A model generated the notes under the pieces. That model did not search any database. It worked only from the letters and a program-made list of their open reading frames with translations, and was not told the DNA's origin. From Chrysomallon squamiferum (Eukaryota; Animalia; Mollusca), in contig CM022673.1 in assembly GCA_012295275.1 (NCBI GenBank), forward strand, positions 14,818,001-14,882,000: a stretch of DNA of 64,000 bases. The letters run 5' to 3'. Made by a program: the position numbers and the translations under genes. Of the stretch, positions 27,157-39,900 are shown one piece after another (the first letter of the stretch is position 1; each line of letters opens with the position of its first letter).

Positions 27157-29097
27157 GACACTGTCTGTTCTTTTGACTGTACAGTGGTGTTGTCTGCGAT
27201 GCATCTGTTGTCACCAGCTAGCTGCACTTGACTGTGATACTCGTCATAATAAACCTGTTTTCAAACAGCTTCGTATTTCCCATATTTTAATAAATTATTT
27301 AAATACTCGGCTGTTTTGTCTCTCAATAACCAATTTCAAATTTATGTGATTGATTACAGAAATATAATTAACAAAATCTGTGTAATTTATATCATCTGAT
27401 CAGTTGGAAAGAGACAAAAGACATTCAAAATGTTTGATGTTACTGATTATGTTTGAGAAATATATCATAGTGTATCCAAAATCTTGGAATAATGGGGGTT
27501 TTGGGGGTTTTACTCCCCAAATTTTACAAATAAAGACTTCTATCTTTAATCCAAGTTAAAAGAATAGCAAAACACTTCAATTTTAGGGCTGTTTTAGACT
27601 TTTTTAGTTATTGTTAACAGTATAGATAAATTATATTTAAAAAATAAGAAAACTAAAAAGAAATGCTGAAATACTTTATTACAGAAACAGTAACAAAATG
27701 AATTTGTTCATTCTGCTCTAAAGTGTAGAAACACTCAAATATAAATTTTTGATCAGGTGCAAATGTACAAACTGAAACTAAATTAAAAAATTTTGATCTT
27801 TTAAACAGGATATTTATTTTCATTGTTATTGATTTTTATTTTATTTTATTTTTTTTTTTTTTTTTTTGATTTCACTTATTATTAAACAAATGTTTCCTGT
27901 CATTTTAACAATTTTGATCATAACAGTTTCAGATGTACAAATGCACAGATTGAAAGAATATTAATTTTCTTGCAGTCAAAAACAAAGAACTATAAAATGA
28001 ACCCTGCTTGGTTAGTAACTTTGAATTGAAATTTTTTCTAAACCAAACTAACTTGGAATTCTGAAATTATACAGTTTACTGAAATATTCTATGGCAATAT
28101 GGATATGTAACATATATCAATGTGGACATAGCACCAAACATTTAAATATTTTGACAGTATTTACAGTGTCTTTTTTAAAGTGAGCAGCTGCTCTCAAATC
28201 TGCAAGCATAAAAAGCTGTCAAACAAGAAGATACTCACTTAGAAAATCCAGATGAATTTTCTATTATTTTAATTATTATTGGGAGTTTTTTCAAAACAGT
28301 TTAAAACATAATTATACTGACCTATCTGCATTAAAATGTTTTGGCTAACAAATCTGGTTTATACAACATGCCAGTGTTACTATTACTACTACTTTCCATG
28401 TAAAACAATTCAGTCATTCTACAAATCTACATTGTTTAAGTAACAACTAGTACAGGTATAAAAATATAATTTTAAACTTTGATTTTACAGTATTTGATTA
28501 ACTAGCGGTGGATAGTTGTGTGTTTTTCATCAAAGCTAAAACAAACTTGAATCACTTTGTCAAACAAATATAAATGAGAAGACATCTACAGTAAACTGGT
28601 GAAATATTTTAAAAAACATCTTTGGTTAAAATGAAAAACACAGAACTACTGGGCTACTGGGCTAACTGATAACTAATAACAACAGTATTATTCTAGAGGC
28701 TAGGCCACACAAAGTGAACTACAGGAAGGTAAATGTTAATACTAAATGATAATGCACCAATGACTAGATAATATAAAAAACAAAATGCAAGGCAAATTGA
28801 ATGGACAATAAAATGAAGCAATCAAACAATCTGAACAATGGTAAAAAGTAGAATACTAGGCACATAAAGAAGCTAACTGTGCAGTCCAGAGCTCTTCCTG
28901 AGATATTTAATATAATTGTTCTTTTTCACGTTCGATGTTTGCAAACTTGTCTCTGTCTGTAACTACACTTGTGACACACTCTCTTACACACATAAAAAAA
29001 CAACCAGTCATCAGTGGAGTTACTGTGGTCAGTGTTTATAGAGCTCACTGTGACATCACTGCTGCAACCGAGAAAATATTCCTAGTGGAAAGTTTTC

Positions 29098-30686
29098 TCA
29101 AAACTCGTCATGTTTTGTGAGAGCCTCGCCAAAGTCAGTGGCCTGACTCCCAACAAACAGGTCATACTTATCTAGAATTTCCTCCTTGGTTAACTTGCCA
29201 TCCTGAAACACAAAATAAACACAAATATTTAAACACAAATATTTCAACACAAAATAAACAACTATTTCAGCACAAAATAAAAAAAACTTTCAACACAGAA
29301 TAAACTCAACTACTTCAACAAAAAACATAACACATTAACAATAAGAAACAACAAAAAATAGTTCTTGACAAACACAAAAAATCATCATCTTCTTCTTCAC
29401 TTAATTTTAATAACAGATTTTAAAAATATTTCTCACTACCTTCTAGAAATGTGTATGAGGATAATTTCACCTGTGTAATGTTTTGAAGCTGAGAGGTGTA
29501 TATAATGAAGTCATATAATTACATTAATGAGAAAAATGGTGGGTTAGGTACAAGGGTAAGATGAAAATGTAAAACAAAAGTAGCATTTTTTTCAGCAACA
29601 GGCCACGTCATTTATTTTGAGACTTGAACTTTACCTTGTTACATTAATTATAAATTTATTCTGTAAAAGATTTTATTTTGACAGTGTTCTAAAATCTCTG
29701 TGACATGTAATTTGTTTACAGCTGAGTCTATCCAGTTTTTGTTTTCTTCCCTTTGCCCAACAAGCTTTGAGCTTGGAATAAGAGCAAACTGGGATCTGTG
29801 TAACTGTTATAACTGTTTCTGTTGTTCATTGTTTAGATTCATCAATTTATCAGGCAAGTATAAACAAATAAACCTTTAACCACAAAATAAACTTAAGACC
29901 AAATTTGGGTAGAGATCCATGCAGTGTTTTTCTTCTTTTTTTAAAATTAAAAATGTCACATAACGAAATAAAAGAAAACATCAGCTCTGCATGGTGGAAC
30001 CCCACCTAAACATTGTGATCAGGTGGGGTAAACAAAGTCAAGGTCAGTGGCAGACTACCAACCTTGTCAATGTCGGACTCAAACATGAGATGTTTGGCTT
30101 CAGCACTTGAGTGGTCATAGTCAGTTGGAATGATCCATTCTTGGACCTCACTCTTATCCATTTTGCCATCTTTGTTTTTATCTCGGTAATCTTTAAACTG
30201 ATCACGCTCAGATTTCACCCAATCTGGCTCCTCCTCCCCTTCCTTCTTGTCTCGCCACATGTCACCTACAAAGGTCAAAGGTTAGAGGTGAAAGAAGCGG
30301 GTAAGCGGTTAATGTGTACGCACCTTGTCTACATCAGATGCTCTTATCAAGTGAGCTGCCTCAGCTGAACTGTGGTCATAGTCTTCAGGAATTATCCAGT
30401 CTTTTATCTCCTCCGCATCCAACTTGCCATTCTTGTCTTTGTCACGGTATGTTTTAAACTGCTCTCTTTCTGAGGCTACCCAGTCAGGCTCTCCACCCTG
30501 GTGATCATCATCATCTTCATCATCATCATCTTCTTCATCATCCCAAATGTCAGCTGTACAAGAAAACATGACAAGAGCACATCCAGTCTGAACAAACAGC
30601 TGTGTCTACACTACAAGAGCAGTTGCAACTGGCTAGAGTATCTCAACTCTCAGTTTTAAACAAATAAACATCAAGCCTGCTTAAAC

Positions 30687-30717
<31 letters not shown>

Positions 30718-33700
30718 CTCACATCATTTTTACATTTGGTATATAACATTCCATTATCTTTTTAAGCTAAAAAAAACCAGATAATTATTTAAATAATCAT
30801 TTTGGATCTGGCTGATGTTTATTTAAGATTAACAAAGATTAACTGAAGGGTACTGACCTATGTATTCTTCAAGACTGATGAAACCATCTTTATCTTTGTC
30901 AATGTCTTCCAGTGTCTCCTGCAACAAACAAAACAATTTGCTTTTTCACATTCTAAACTACAAAACTGATCTACAAAAACTTTCTTTTGAATGAGATGGT
31001 ACAGAGAATGCTGTGAGATGTTTTACCAGTAATTACATTTGCTTGGTACAAATACAGTAAAAGGTCTTTTACATGGAGAAAAATGCTTGTAAAACACTCT
31101 GAACTGTAAAATTCCAGCACAATGTCTCTGAAGTGCAATAAATAACACAAATCAGAAAATTGTTACATACACCAGTGAGCAGTACGTTAACAAGTGTGTT
31201 TTAAAACAAATAACACAAATCAGACAACTGTTACATACATCAGTGAGCAGTATGTTAACAAGTGTGTTTTTAAAAAGTAACACAAATCAAAAAACATTAC
31301 ATACACCAGTGAGCAGTATGTTAACAAGTGTGTGTTAAAACACTGTGTAACTTGTACTCACCTGCACAACAATGTCACGCATGTGTTCTGCATCTTCTGG
31401 ATGGAGGAAATCAACAAATTCATCATGAGTTAGTTTATCATCGCCGTCTTTGTCAGCCTTCTGCCAGCGTCTCTTGTCTCGGTTTATCATGTCCAGATAG
31501 TCGTGAGTCGGAGAATGTTCATCCTCTGGTTCTGAGATATTACAAAAAAATAAAAACACTGTAATAATCTAACAATACAAAACTGGATAATTTTGTGTTG
31601 GGAAATGTCTAAATGTTTACTGGACTTCTGTATAAATGTGACAAACCACTGCTACTAACTGTTAGTATGTTTGAAGGAACATTGACAAAAATCATCTATT
31701 GATAAGTATGTATAAAAAATATCTTAAACGAAAAAAGCAATAATGTTTTTCTTTTTTTTTAAGTTTGTATCTAAATATAATCTGTTATCCTAAATCTGAA
31801 AAGCTCCAAAATTCAAAATGTTTCCAAGCAACAGAAATACTTATATCTTACAGTTTGGGACAGTTTTGTACATTTTATTTTATTTTATGCATAATATTAT
31901 TAAAAATATTAAATAAAAAGATCCTGCAGGCTATCTGTACAAGCCTTACAAAAATGTAAATTTATCTAATTCATTATTAGACACAGATCCTATTCCTTAT
32001 AATTCAAAATGAGAAAAAGTTTAAAAATCTGGGCCACTTCCAATCTCAGTCATTTTGGACAAAGGATTCTGAAGGTGTATAACCTAATTGATTTTTATAT
32101 ATATTTGTTAGAGAGATTAACACCAATTCTGCATCTTACCATCAGGGTATCCATAAGTTCGTTTCTTGTAAGCAACCCAGCTAAGTTTCCCGTCAGCGTC
32201 TGGCTCATGGTCCTTCCAGCTGCGGTCTGTGTCAACGAGGACGTAACGTTTCTGTACATACTTGATCCATTCCTTCAGCTCTTCCTCAGTGACCATCCCA
32301 TCTTTGTCTTTATCTATCTTATCTACAATGATCCTGTAACACAAGAAAAACAAACACTGAGCTCACAACCAGAAAATTACAAATTGAACACAATAATATC
32401 AGTCCAGTGTAAAATCTGAATCAAATAATCTTGTTCTAATTTCATTTATGATAATTACTTGTGAACACTCAAAAAACTAACAACAGCAATAAGTAAATTA
32501 TATTAGTGAAAAATCATAGTAGATTTAACTAACACTGCAAGCATTTAACAGAATAAACTACAGGTGATAAAAAAAAGATTTAATTTCATACCCAAGTCTA
32601 TTACGGCTTTCCTCAGGAGACAGCTGATCAAATGTTTTGGCATCTTCCTGACCAAGGAAAGCTTCATGGTCATAGTCAGTGTTGTGTTCCCCATCCTTCT
32701 CATGATCCTCTGTACTCAGTATCTGAAACAATGTAAACATTTTAAATAAGATCACTTATTTCATATATGCAATAGGTAAACATTTAACATAGCCACTGAT
32801 ACAGTATACTTACAAACAAGTAAACATTTAACATAAACAGTGACACAGTATAACTATAGCCAAATAAACATCTAAAATACCATCACTGATACAGAATACC
32901 TATAACCAAGCAAACATCTATCATAACTTTTCTGAGGCAATATACACTGACGTGACCTATGTATGGTATTTCCTATCTCTTACTGGTGTGTAGCTTGTGA
33001 GAGATTTGGTTGCAACACATGAACTAGTCAAAGTCTCAGTTTTCTGCTAACAAAATGCTTTGAAATGTACTGTTCCATGCATGTTTATTGTTTATAAATA
33101 AAACTGACATGAATGTGGAAACCTGTTCATTAAAAAAATAAATAAACATTTTAAAGAAAATATAATCCAGTAATATAGAAAGATTTTTGCTCATAGTAGA
33201 GTTGTGATCATGAACAAACTATAAATCACAGAGGAACATTTGGACTAAAATAACAATAAATATAAATAAATGTTTTTTTCTTTTGTAATACACATACTCA
33301 CACACACACACATGTATGTATGCATTTATATGTATGTGTATTTGTGTATGTGTGTGCGTATATGTAAGAAAATGTCATGTGAACTACAGGTTACTTGATA
33401 CTCATGAGTTTCTGTCTGTGGATATATAAACATATCAAGGTTTAAATTTTTCCCACTGCTTTTCTCTAGAGCACTTTTTATTACAGTGATCAACATCTGA
33501 GTGACTACCTTTTTCAGTGTTAAGTTTTGGATCAATATATCTTAAAGCTAAAAAGTGGCAAATTAAAAGTAAGGTACAAATAAAATAAAAAAGCAAAATG
33601 CAAAGTATTAAATACAAAATAACAAAGTTGACAATAATGTAGAATTAATTGATTGTAAAAGTCTTGACAATCGAGGATGGTGTTCCTGAAAATTCCCCAT

Positions 33701-34705
33701 TCTTTTACACTTAACATGGCATACTTCTGTAATCCATGGTGATATCGAATAATTAAAGAGTTAATTGTGGAAAAATGTATGGTTATCTTAAGGCCTCAAT
33801 TTATTGATTCACATTAATTGCTCGAGTCATGCTATTTTTAAGACTGTTCCACTTAATTGCATAACTTCAAAATATGTTGTGCATTTGTACTTATCACTCC
33901 AAAAAATCATGTGCTCCTTACTGCCTTGGCAACCTAACATTTCTGACAACACTTGCCGTGTTCAAAAACAAATTAATTCTGTCCCTGACATATGTATCAC
34001 ATACACTTGTACTGAGTATCTGTAGTTACAAAAACATAAATTATAAACTACTTTTATAAAAATATATAAAAAAATATAACATTATAAAAACATACAAAAT
34101 ATAAATATCTTCAGCAGCAGTCAATGTCACCCTTTGAATAAACATATTACAAACAAACAAAACACTATCTGCAATCAAAACAAAATGTACCATGTGACAG
34201 CTGACATTAAGTATATATAAAATATTTTACACTTACATCTGTTGACAATAATTTTAAATTATGTGTTTTATATATTCTTCTCAATTTTTGATTATTTCAA
34301 AAAAATATAAAAAATAATATTAATTAGTATATGAAAAATATATTAATATATATATATATATATATAAATTTTTTTTTTTTTTTTAAATTCTTTTATGGTT
34401 CTCCACCACAGGTACTAAAACTAACTTATAAAAAAAATATAAAATATTATACTAAATACCTTTCCTTTGAACAAAACATGAATTATTTAAAACAAAACAT
34501 AATACCAGTATTATCTTAATATTTTTTTTTTGGGAGGGGGAGCTTTTTTTAACATCCAAGTAAAAGAAATATAATAATAATTAAAAATAAATACCTTTTC
34601 TTTAACTCGGTCTTTGTGTTCTTTTTCTTTGTCAGGTTTTGGAATGGCAGAACTTGATGTGAATGTCAAAACAGCCAGAACTAGAAGACAGACATACAGT
34701 CGCAT
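29098..34705 (-). CDS. CALU: Calumenin (CREC-family ER/secretory EF-hand protein). Exons 34705-34595, 32722-32592, 32333-32140, 31531-31362, 30918-30858, [30553-30324 OR 30265-30063], 29202-29098. A non-coding first exon has its donor near 36035.
   Basis: Signal peptide [20 protein letters not shown], then [23 protein letters not shown], multiple DxDxDG EF-hand loops, [13 protein letters not shown] and a C-terminal HDEF*. Confidence 0.95.
30063..30265 (-). other. Calumenin mutually exclusive exon 6B
   Basis: tag|GT GAC ATG TGG...GAC AAG|gttggt, 203 nt, phase 1 to 0. Encodes [23 protein letters not shown]... Confidence 0.88.
30324..30553 (-). other. Calumenin mutually exclusive exon 6A (acidic variant)
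   Basis: cag|CT GAC ATT TGG...GAC AAG|gtgcgt, 230 nt, phase 1 to 0. Encodes [32 protein letters not shown]... Confidence 0.88.
31143..31340. repeat. ~68-bp tandem repeat, 3 copies, next to the calumenin exon 4 donor
   Basis: taacacaaatcag...ttacatacaccagtgagcagta.gttaacaagtgtgt starts at 31143, 31211 and 31278. Confidence 0.9.
31780..31975 (+). mobile_element. DNA-transposon-derived repeat fragment, inverted relative to the copy at 40640-40855
   Basis: aaagatcctgcaggctatctgtacaagc matches the reverse complement of gcttgtacaaattagtctgcaggattt at about 40671-40697, and the flanks also align loosely. Confidence 0.6.
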
Positions 34706-36159
34706 GGCTTGTCTAGAAGTGAGAACCTGCAAAGTACAGCTGAACTGTGATGGTATTTAAAATCACCAACAAGAATTTTGTTTTTCTTTATCAAACACAC
34801 CCATAACAAATATGTAAAATAAACGTGTTTATAAAACTTCCCACTGACACAGCTAAGTATTTCCTTATCCGAAGAAAAATATTTTTAAAAAGTTTAATCT
34901 CTAGAGAATACAAATTTCAATTTAGTTATTAAAATAAATTCCTCAGTAAAATTAGTTTTCCCATTTGAACTAATCCAAACTTTTTTTTTCCCATTTTGTT
35001 TAATTACAAAGATTTGTAAATATTGACAATCTTAGTAATGTGCTAGTTTACATGTTTACTGATGAGATTTTAAAATCGTAAATCATAAGAACAACTGAAA
35101 TTTAAACTTTAGTACTAACTAGTCAGTGTTCACTTTTTGTTTGATTTATTCATGTTAATGCTGGTATATAATGTTGGTTTATATGACCATGTAATTAACC
35201 TAGAGTTGAACTCTGTTTTAACTGGCCACTTAATCATACAAACATCTAACATTAAATACATAATAATGATAATATTATCCAGATCAAACATCTGTAAAGT
35301 GGCAAGATTTTATTATTTAACAAAATGTAACTAGTTATTATCAGTTGATACATACATATATATATATTTAAATTTATGTTGTAATAAAATGATTTCAAGC
35401 ATTTTTTTTTAATGAAACAATAAAGAGGCAAGCTTTGTAATTGTATTTGGCTTTTATTATTAAAAAAAAATATCAAATACATTAATGGTAGAAAAAACAC
35501 AAAAAACAAACATTCATCAAATTATCTTATAATGAATATGGATAAATTAAAATAGCATATATTAATAGAGATAATCTTGTGGATTTTTCTTATAATTATA
35601 AATGAAAATGTTTGCATCATTCTACATGCATTCGTGGTATTGACTTTTTCCGAGGTGATCGGTAACTGACACTAACACAGGCTGCTGACGTGGCCTCCAA
35701 GAAGATTCCTGGAGGTTGAGTAGATATCATTTTGTTTCCTACAGATTTTGACTTGTCAAAACTGTCAGTTTGCAAAAAAAGCGCCTAATTACAAATACAC
35801 TTAATACAGACAATACGATTAAACCAAAGTTTTAAATGTTTGTAAAACATTTTTAAACAGCCCAAATGCCATTGTTAAATTTACAATTTTTAAAGCAGAG
35901 AACAGGTAAGTAAAAAAAAAAAATAATAAAAAAGAACAAAATACCGAAAAAACATTTCCATGGTTATGATAGAAAAGTAACAAAATAATAAAATATCGAA
36001 ATAAATAAAAATAAAAACACAACATAATGACTTACCATTTCCATCTAAGTATTACTGGTCAGTTTCAGAAAACTGAAACAATGATCGCAGTTGTTTATAT
36101 CAAACTTTTGACAAAAATCGTCTGAAATGCCAAAAGATTTCTGCACAGAGTAGTTACTC

Positions 36160-36330
36160 TTAGCAGTACGACCTTTTCCAACCTGCACCGGTATTCACTT
36201 TAGCCAATCAGTTTACTGGGTTATCACCATGTGACTTTTATATACCAATCGAAGTCATGTCAACGTGGCCGAGTTGAAAACAGAACCAATCATAAAACGA
36301 AAGGAAGTAGCGTTAGCACCGTGGCAAGTA
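36160..36330. promoter_or_regulatory. Bidirectional promoter of calumenin and IMMP1L with three CCAAT boxes
   Basis: CCAATC at about 36204, 36245 and 36286 (~41-bp spacing) and CATGTGAC at about 36228. The region is CpG-rich and flanked by 5'UTR-exon donors pointing outward (about 36035 on -, GTAAGT at 36328 on +). Confidence 0.75.
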
Positions 36331-36933
36331 AGTCGGCTGGCTGTCAAATTACATCCACGTGGACGCCAAAGCAAATTCCAAAGGAAGATAATAATTACCT
36401 TGAAAATAGTCTCACTGTGACAAATAAACAGTCAAAGACGATTAAAGAAAACCTGTAAGAAACGATAAAATATCAACTATCGAAACACGTCATTTCTTCT
36501 TTTACACATTTCCACCCCAATGTTATGACCCAAGCAATGACCTGATGATTTTTAAATGTCATTAAACAGTAATCCTTTGTCAGTGGGATAACTTTCTCTG
36601 TTGTCTGTTATTATAATTATGTACAGTACACGAAACTAATTATTAAATGTTTTCATTATTCTTTTATTTCCTTTTTATTTTTGTTTCAGCCGTTAATACT
36701 AATGAACTTAGTTGAACAGGTTTTAAATAATGTTTTCCCTTAATTATCAATTCATTTCTTTTCTTATTCTGATGTATTTTTTTAAGACGACTTTTATATA
36801 CATTGGATATATAGGTTGGGAGTATTAATTTTTGAAAATGAGGTATCACGTTGTGTGTTTTTTTTTTTAATTATCTTTTATATTTCAGACGTCTGCAATC
36901 AGTATGACCTAGTTAAAGTGAGAATGTTCCAAC

Positions 36934-39900
36934 ATGTTTGGTAAAATATTTTCAAAAACAACTGGCATTGTAATAAGTATTGTGCAGTATGGATGCATAG
37001 CTCACTGTTCTCTTGAGTTTGTGGCAGATTTTGTTTGTGTAAGTCTGCTTTTCATTTCCTTTTGATTTAAAAACAAAACAAAAAAAAAAACATTTTATAT
37101 TTATTAAAATTTTGTTTAATTTAAAATCAGAATGATGAATTTTGTGCCATAAGCTGGTAGATTTTAAATATTAGTTTAATGACTGACAAAGTATATCAGT
37201 GATTAATTATTTTATTATTTTATTATCTTTTTATTTAATCATATTTCTTTTAAAAGTATTATAGGGTATCAGTAATGTTAATATTTACTGAAATTGTTTT
37301 ATTTATAAAAACAACAGCAAACAATGTAATAACCCTAGAAATATTGTGTATTATATCTATTATTTTTTATAATTTCATCAGTCTATATGAGTAGTGTTTT
37401 AATAAATTACACTTTTTTTTTTTACTCAGAATGCAGTGTTAAGTATGTAAATTTTTAAAATTAAAAATAATAAAACTGAGAAGTATGTGGTTATTTACTT
37501 TTTAAATATTTATTTTTTGATTTCACACAACTGACTCATTCACATATGTTAAAAAAGGATTCTCCACCTCACTAAGAGTACTCAGCCTAATTTGTCAGTT
37601 CACATTATGGTGGAATATAGTCACAAAGCGAGATATATCTGGTACATGTGATGTGGTGGAATTGTTTAGATTCCACTTAAACCTTTTATTAATATTTAAA
37701 AAAAAACAATTTTTGGGGGCAATAAGTTTTAAATTTCAGTTATATCTGGTGCTTTTATTTAGGCACATCTTTTTACAAAGTGTTTTTATAAACTTGTGTA
37801 ATTTTCATATTCTTTTACTATTTAATTTTATACAAATTATTTTCATACCTCTAGCAGACAGCTAACAGCAGATCTGCTTTTTGTGCTCTGGTTAAACATC
37901 CATTCATTTCATTCCATTTCTCATTTCAGTGTAGAGGTCCATCTATGGAGCCCTGCATCCACAACAGTGACATCGTGTTAACAGAGCACATCAGCGTAAC
38001 TCGTAAAACAATACAGAGGTAAACAAATAAAATAGAACACACTTGTCTTCTTAAGTATACTAAACAGTCACAGCAACATAGAAATTAAACATCTTTAAGC
38101 TCTTTTGTTGAAGATAAAATAATTTTTGTGGAAGTAAGGTAGATTAACTTGATTTTTAAAAACAACAAACTAGCACATTTTCACAGTTGTTAAACAACGA
38201 GTAAACAAAAAAATAAACACTGATGCAGTGTTTTCTTTCTAATTAGAATGAGTGTTTTAAAGTAATTCTTAAATGTATATTTTGATGTCATGTGTCCCCT
38301 TTTTGTTATTATAAGCAGCATTTAAATATATGAATAATGAGTTGGTTTGTTTGGTAAAGTTTTCACATATAAAGAAGTCTCCTCATTCCTGATCATAAAA
38401 TTACTTGTGCTGAATTGTACATCACTGAACTGATTCACTGGAAGTTACTTGTTTAAACATGTTTAGACAAATGTTAATATCTATAATACAACATTTTCAT
38501 GTTTAAATATACCACTGGTAGATAAAACTGTATTAGATACACATTTTTTTTTTTTTTTTTTTTTTTAAAGATTTAGAAAGAGATTTAAGAAAACAAGTTA
38601 AACTGTTGTGTAACCAGAAAGAGAGAATTTGATAAATTACAACAAACATTTTATAATTTTTTTTTTTTTTTTTTTCAAGTTGAAGTTGCAAATTAAGGGC
38701 TGTGATTAAGTTTATTCTTTTGGTTCAGAGGTTATATTGCAATTATCATCATCATTTTCATCAATCATCATCATTATTATTATTATTTCAAGTATAATAT
38801 CAGTAATCCTGCTGATCCATGATCCAGGGATTACTGAATTATGTAAAATATATCTGGGATTTTTTCAGGACTAGATAAAATAACAAATTTTAAAAAGTCT
38901 GACATGACTGTGATTAACTGTTTATTTTGGTTTCAGAGGTGACATTGTAATAGCAAGATCCCCAACAAAACCAAATCATTTCATCTGCAAGAGAGTTGTA
39001 GCCCTGGCTGGGGAGAGGGTGTATGGCCACACTACATACAGAACTAGACTAGTAAGTAATTAGTGAATATATGGCCACACTACATACAGAACTAGACTAG
39101 TAAGTAATTAGTGAATATATGGCCACACTACTTACAGAACTAGACTAGTAAGTAATTAGTGAATATATGGCCACACTACATACAGAACTAGACTAGTAAG
39201 TAATTAGTGAATATATGGCCACACTACATACAGAACTAGACTAGTAAGTAATTAGTGAATATATGGCCACACTGCATACAGAACTAGACTAGTAAGTAAT
39301 TAGTGAATATATGGCCACACTGCATACAGAACTAGACTAGTAAGTAATTAGTGAATATATGGCCACACTGCATACAGAACTAGACTAGTAAGTAATTAGT
39401 GAATATATGGCCACACTGCATACAGAACTAGACTAGTAAGTAATTAGTGAATATATGGCCACACTGCATACAGAACTAGACTAGTAAGTAATTAGTGAAT
39501 ATATGGCCACACTGCATACAGAACTAGACTAGTAAGTAATTAGTGAATATATGGCCACACTGCATACAGAACTAGACTAGTAAGTAATTAGTGAATATAT
39601 GGCCACACTACATTCAGAACTAGACTAGTAAGTAAATAGAAAATCTACAGTTACAATAACAAGGTAATCAGTAAGCATAGGGTGAAACACTTTAAGAACT
39701 AGACTAACAAATAATGAATAATTGCACTTCACACTACTTAAGGCATAGATGACATCATAAATGTTTTGTCATCTTCAGAAATTTGTTGCTTTCTTGACAG
39801 TAAAGATTAATTACAACTAATCACTTGTAAACTACATTTTTACAGTATAAAGTAGTTTGTTTTTGTTGTTGACAGAACTGTTTGTTTTTGTTTGTTTCAG

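Noticed and set aside
29960-30006. Possible alternative calumenin terminal exon (tttag|GTG GGG TTC CAC CAT GCA GAG CTG = [12 protein letters not shown]-like)
   Set aside because: No stop follows HAEL, and the AG is only about 57 nt from the 6B donor and buried in the hairpin. Probably coincidence.
30063-30553. Both calumenin exons constitutive, giving extra EF-hands
   Set aside because: 6A ends in phase 0 and 6B starts in phase 1, so joining them shifts the frame.
33435-33617. ORF in calumenin intron ([17 protein letters not shown]...) as an extra exon
   Set aside because: There is no convincing similarity to CREC proteins and no phase-compatible splice-site pair.
39022-39633. CRISPR-like appearance of the 48-bp array
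   Set aside because: There are no unique spacers and no cas genes. The unit is a copy of a eukaryotic exon-intron junction.
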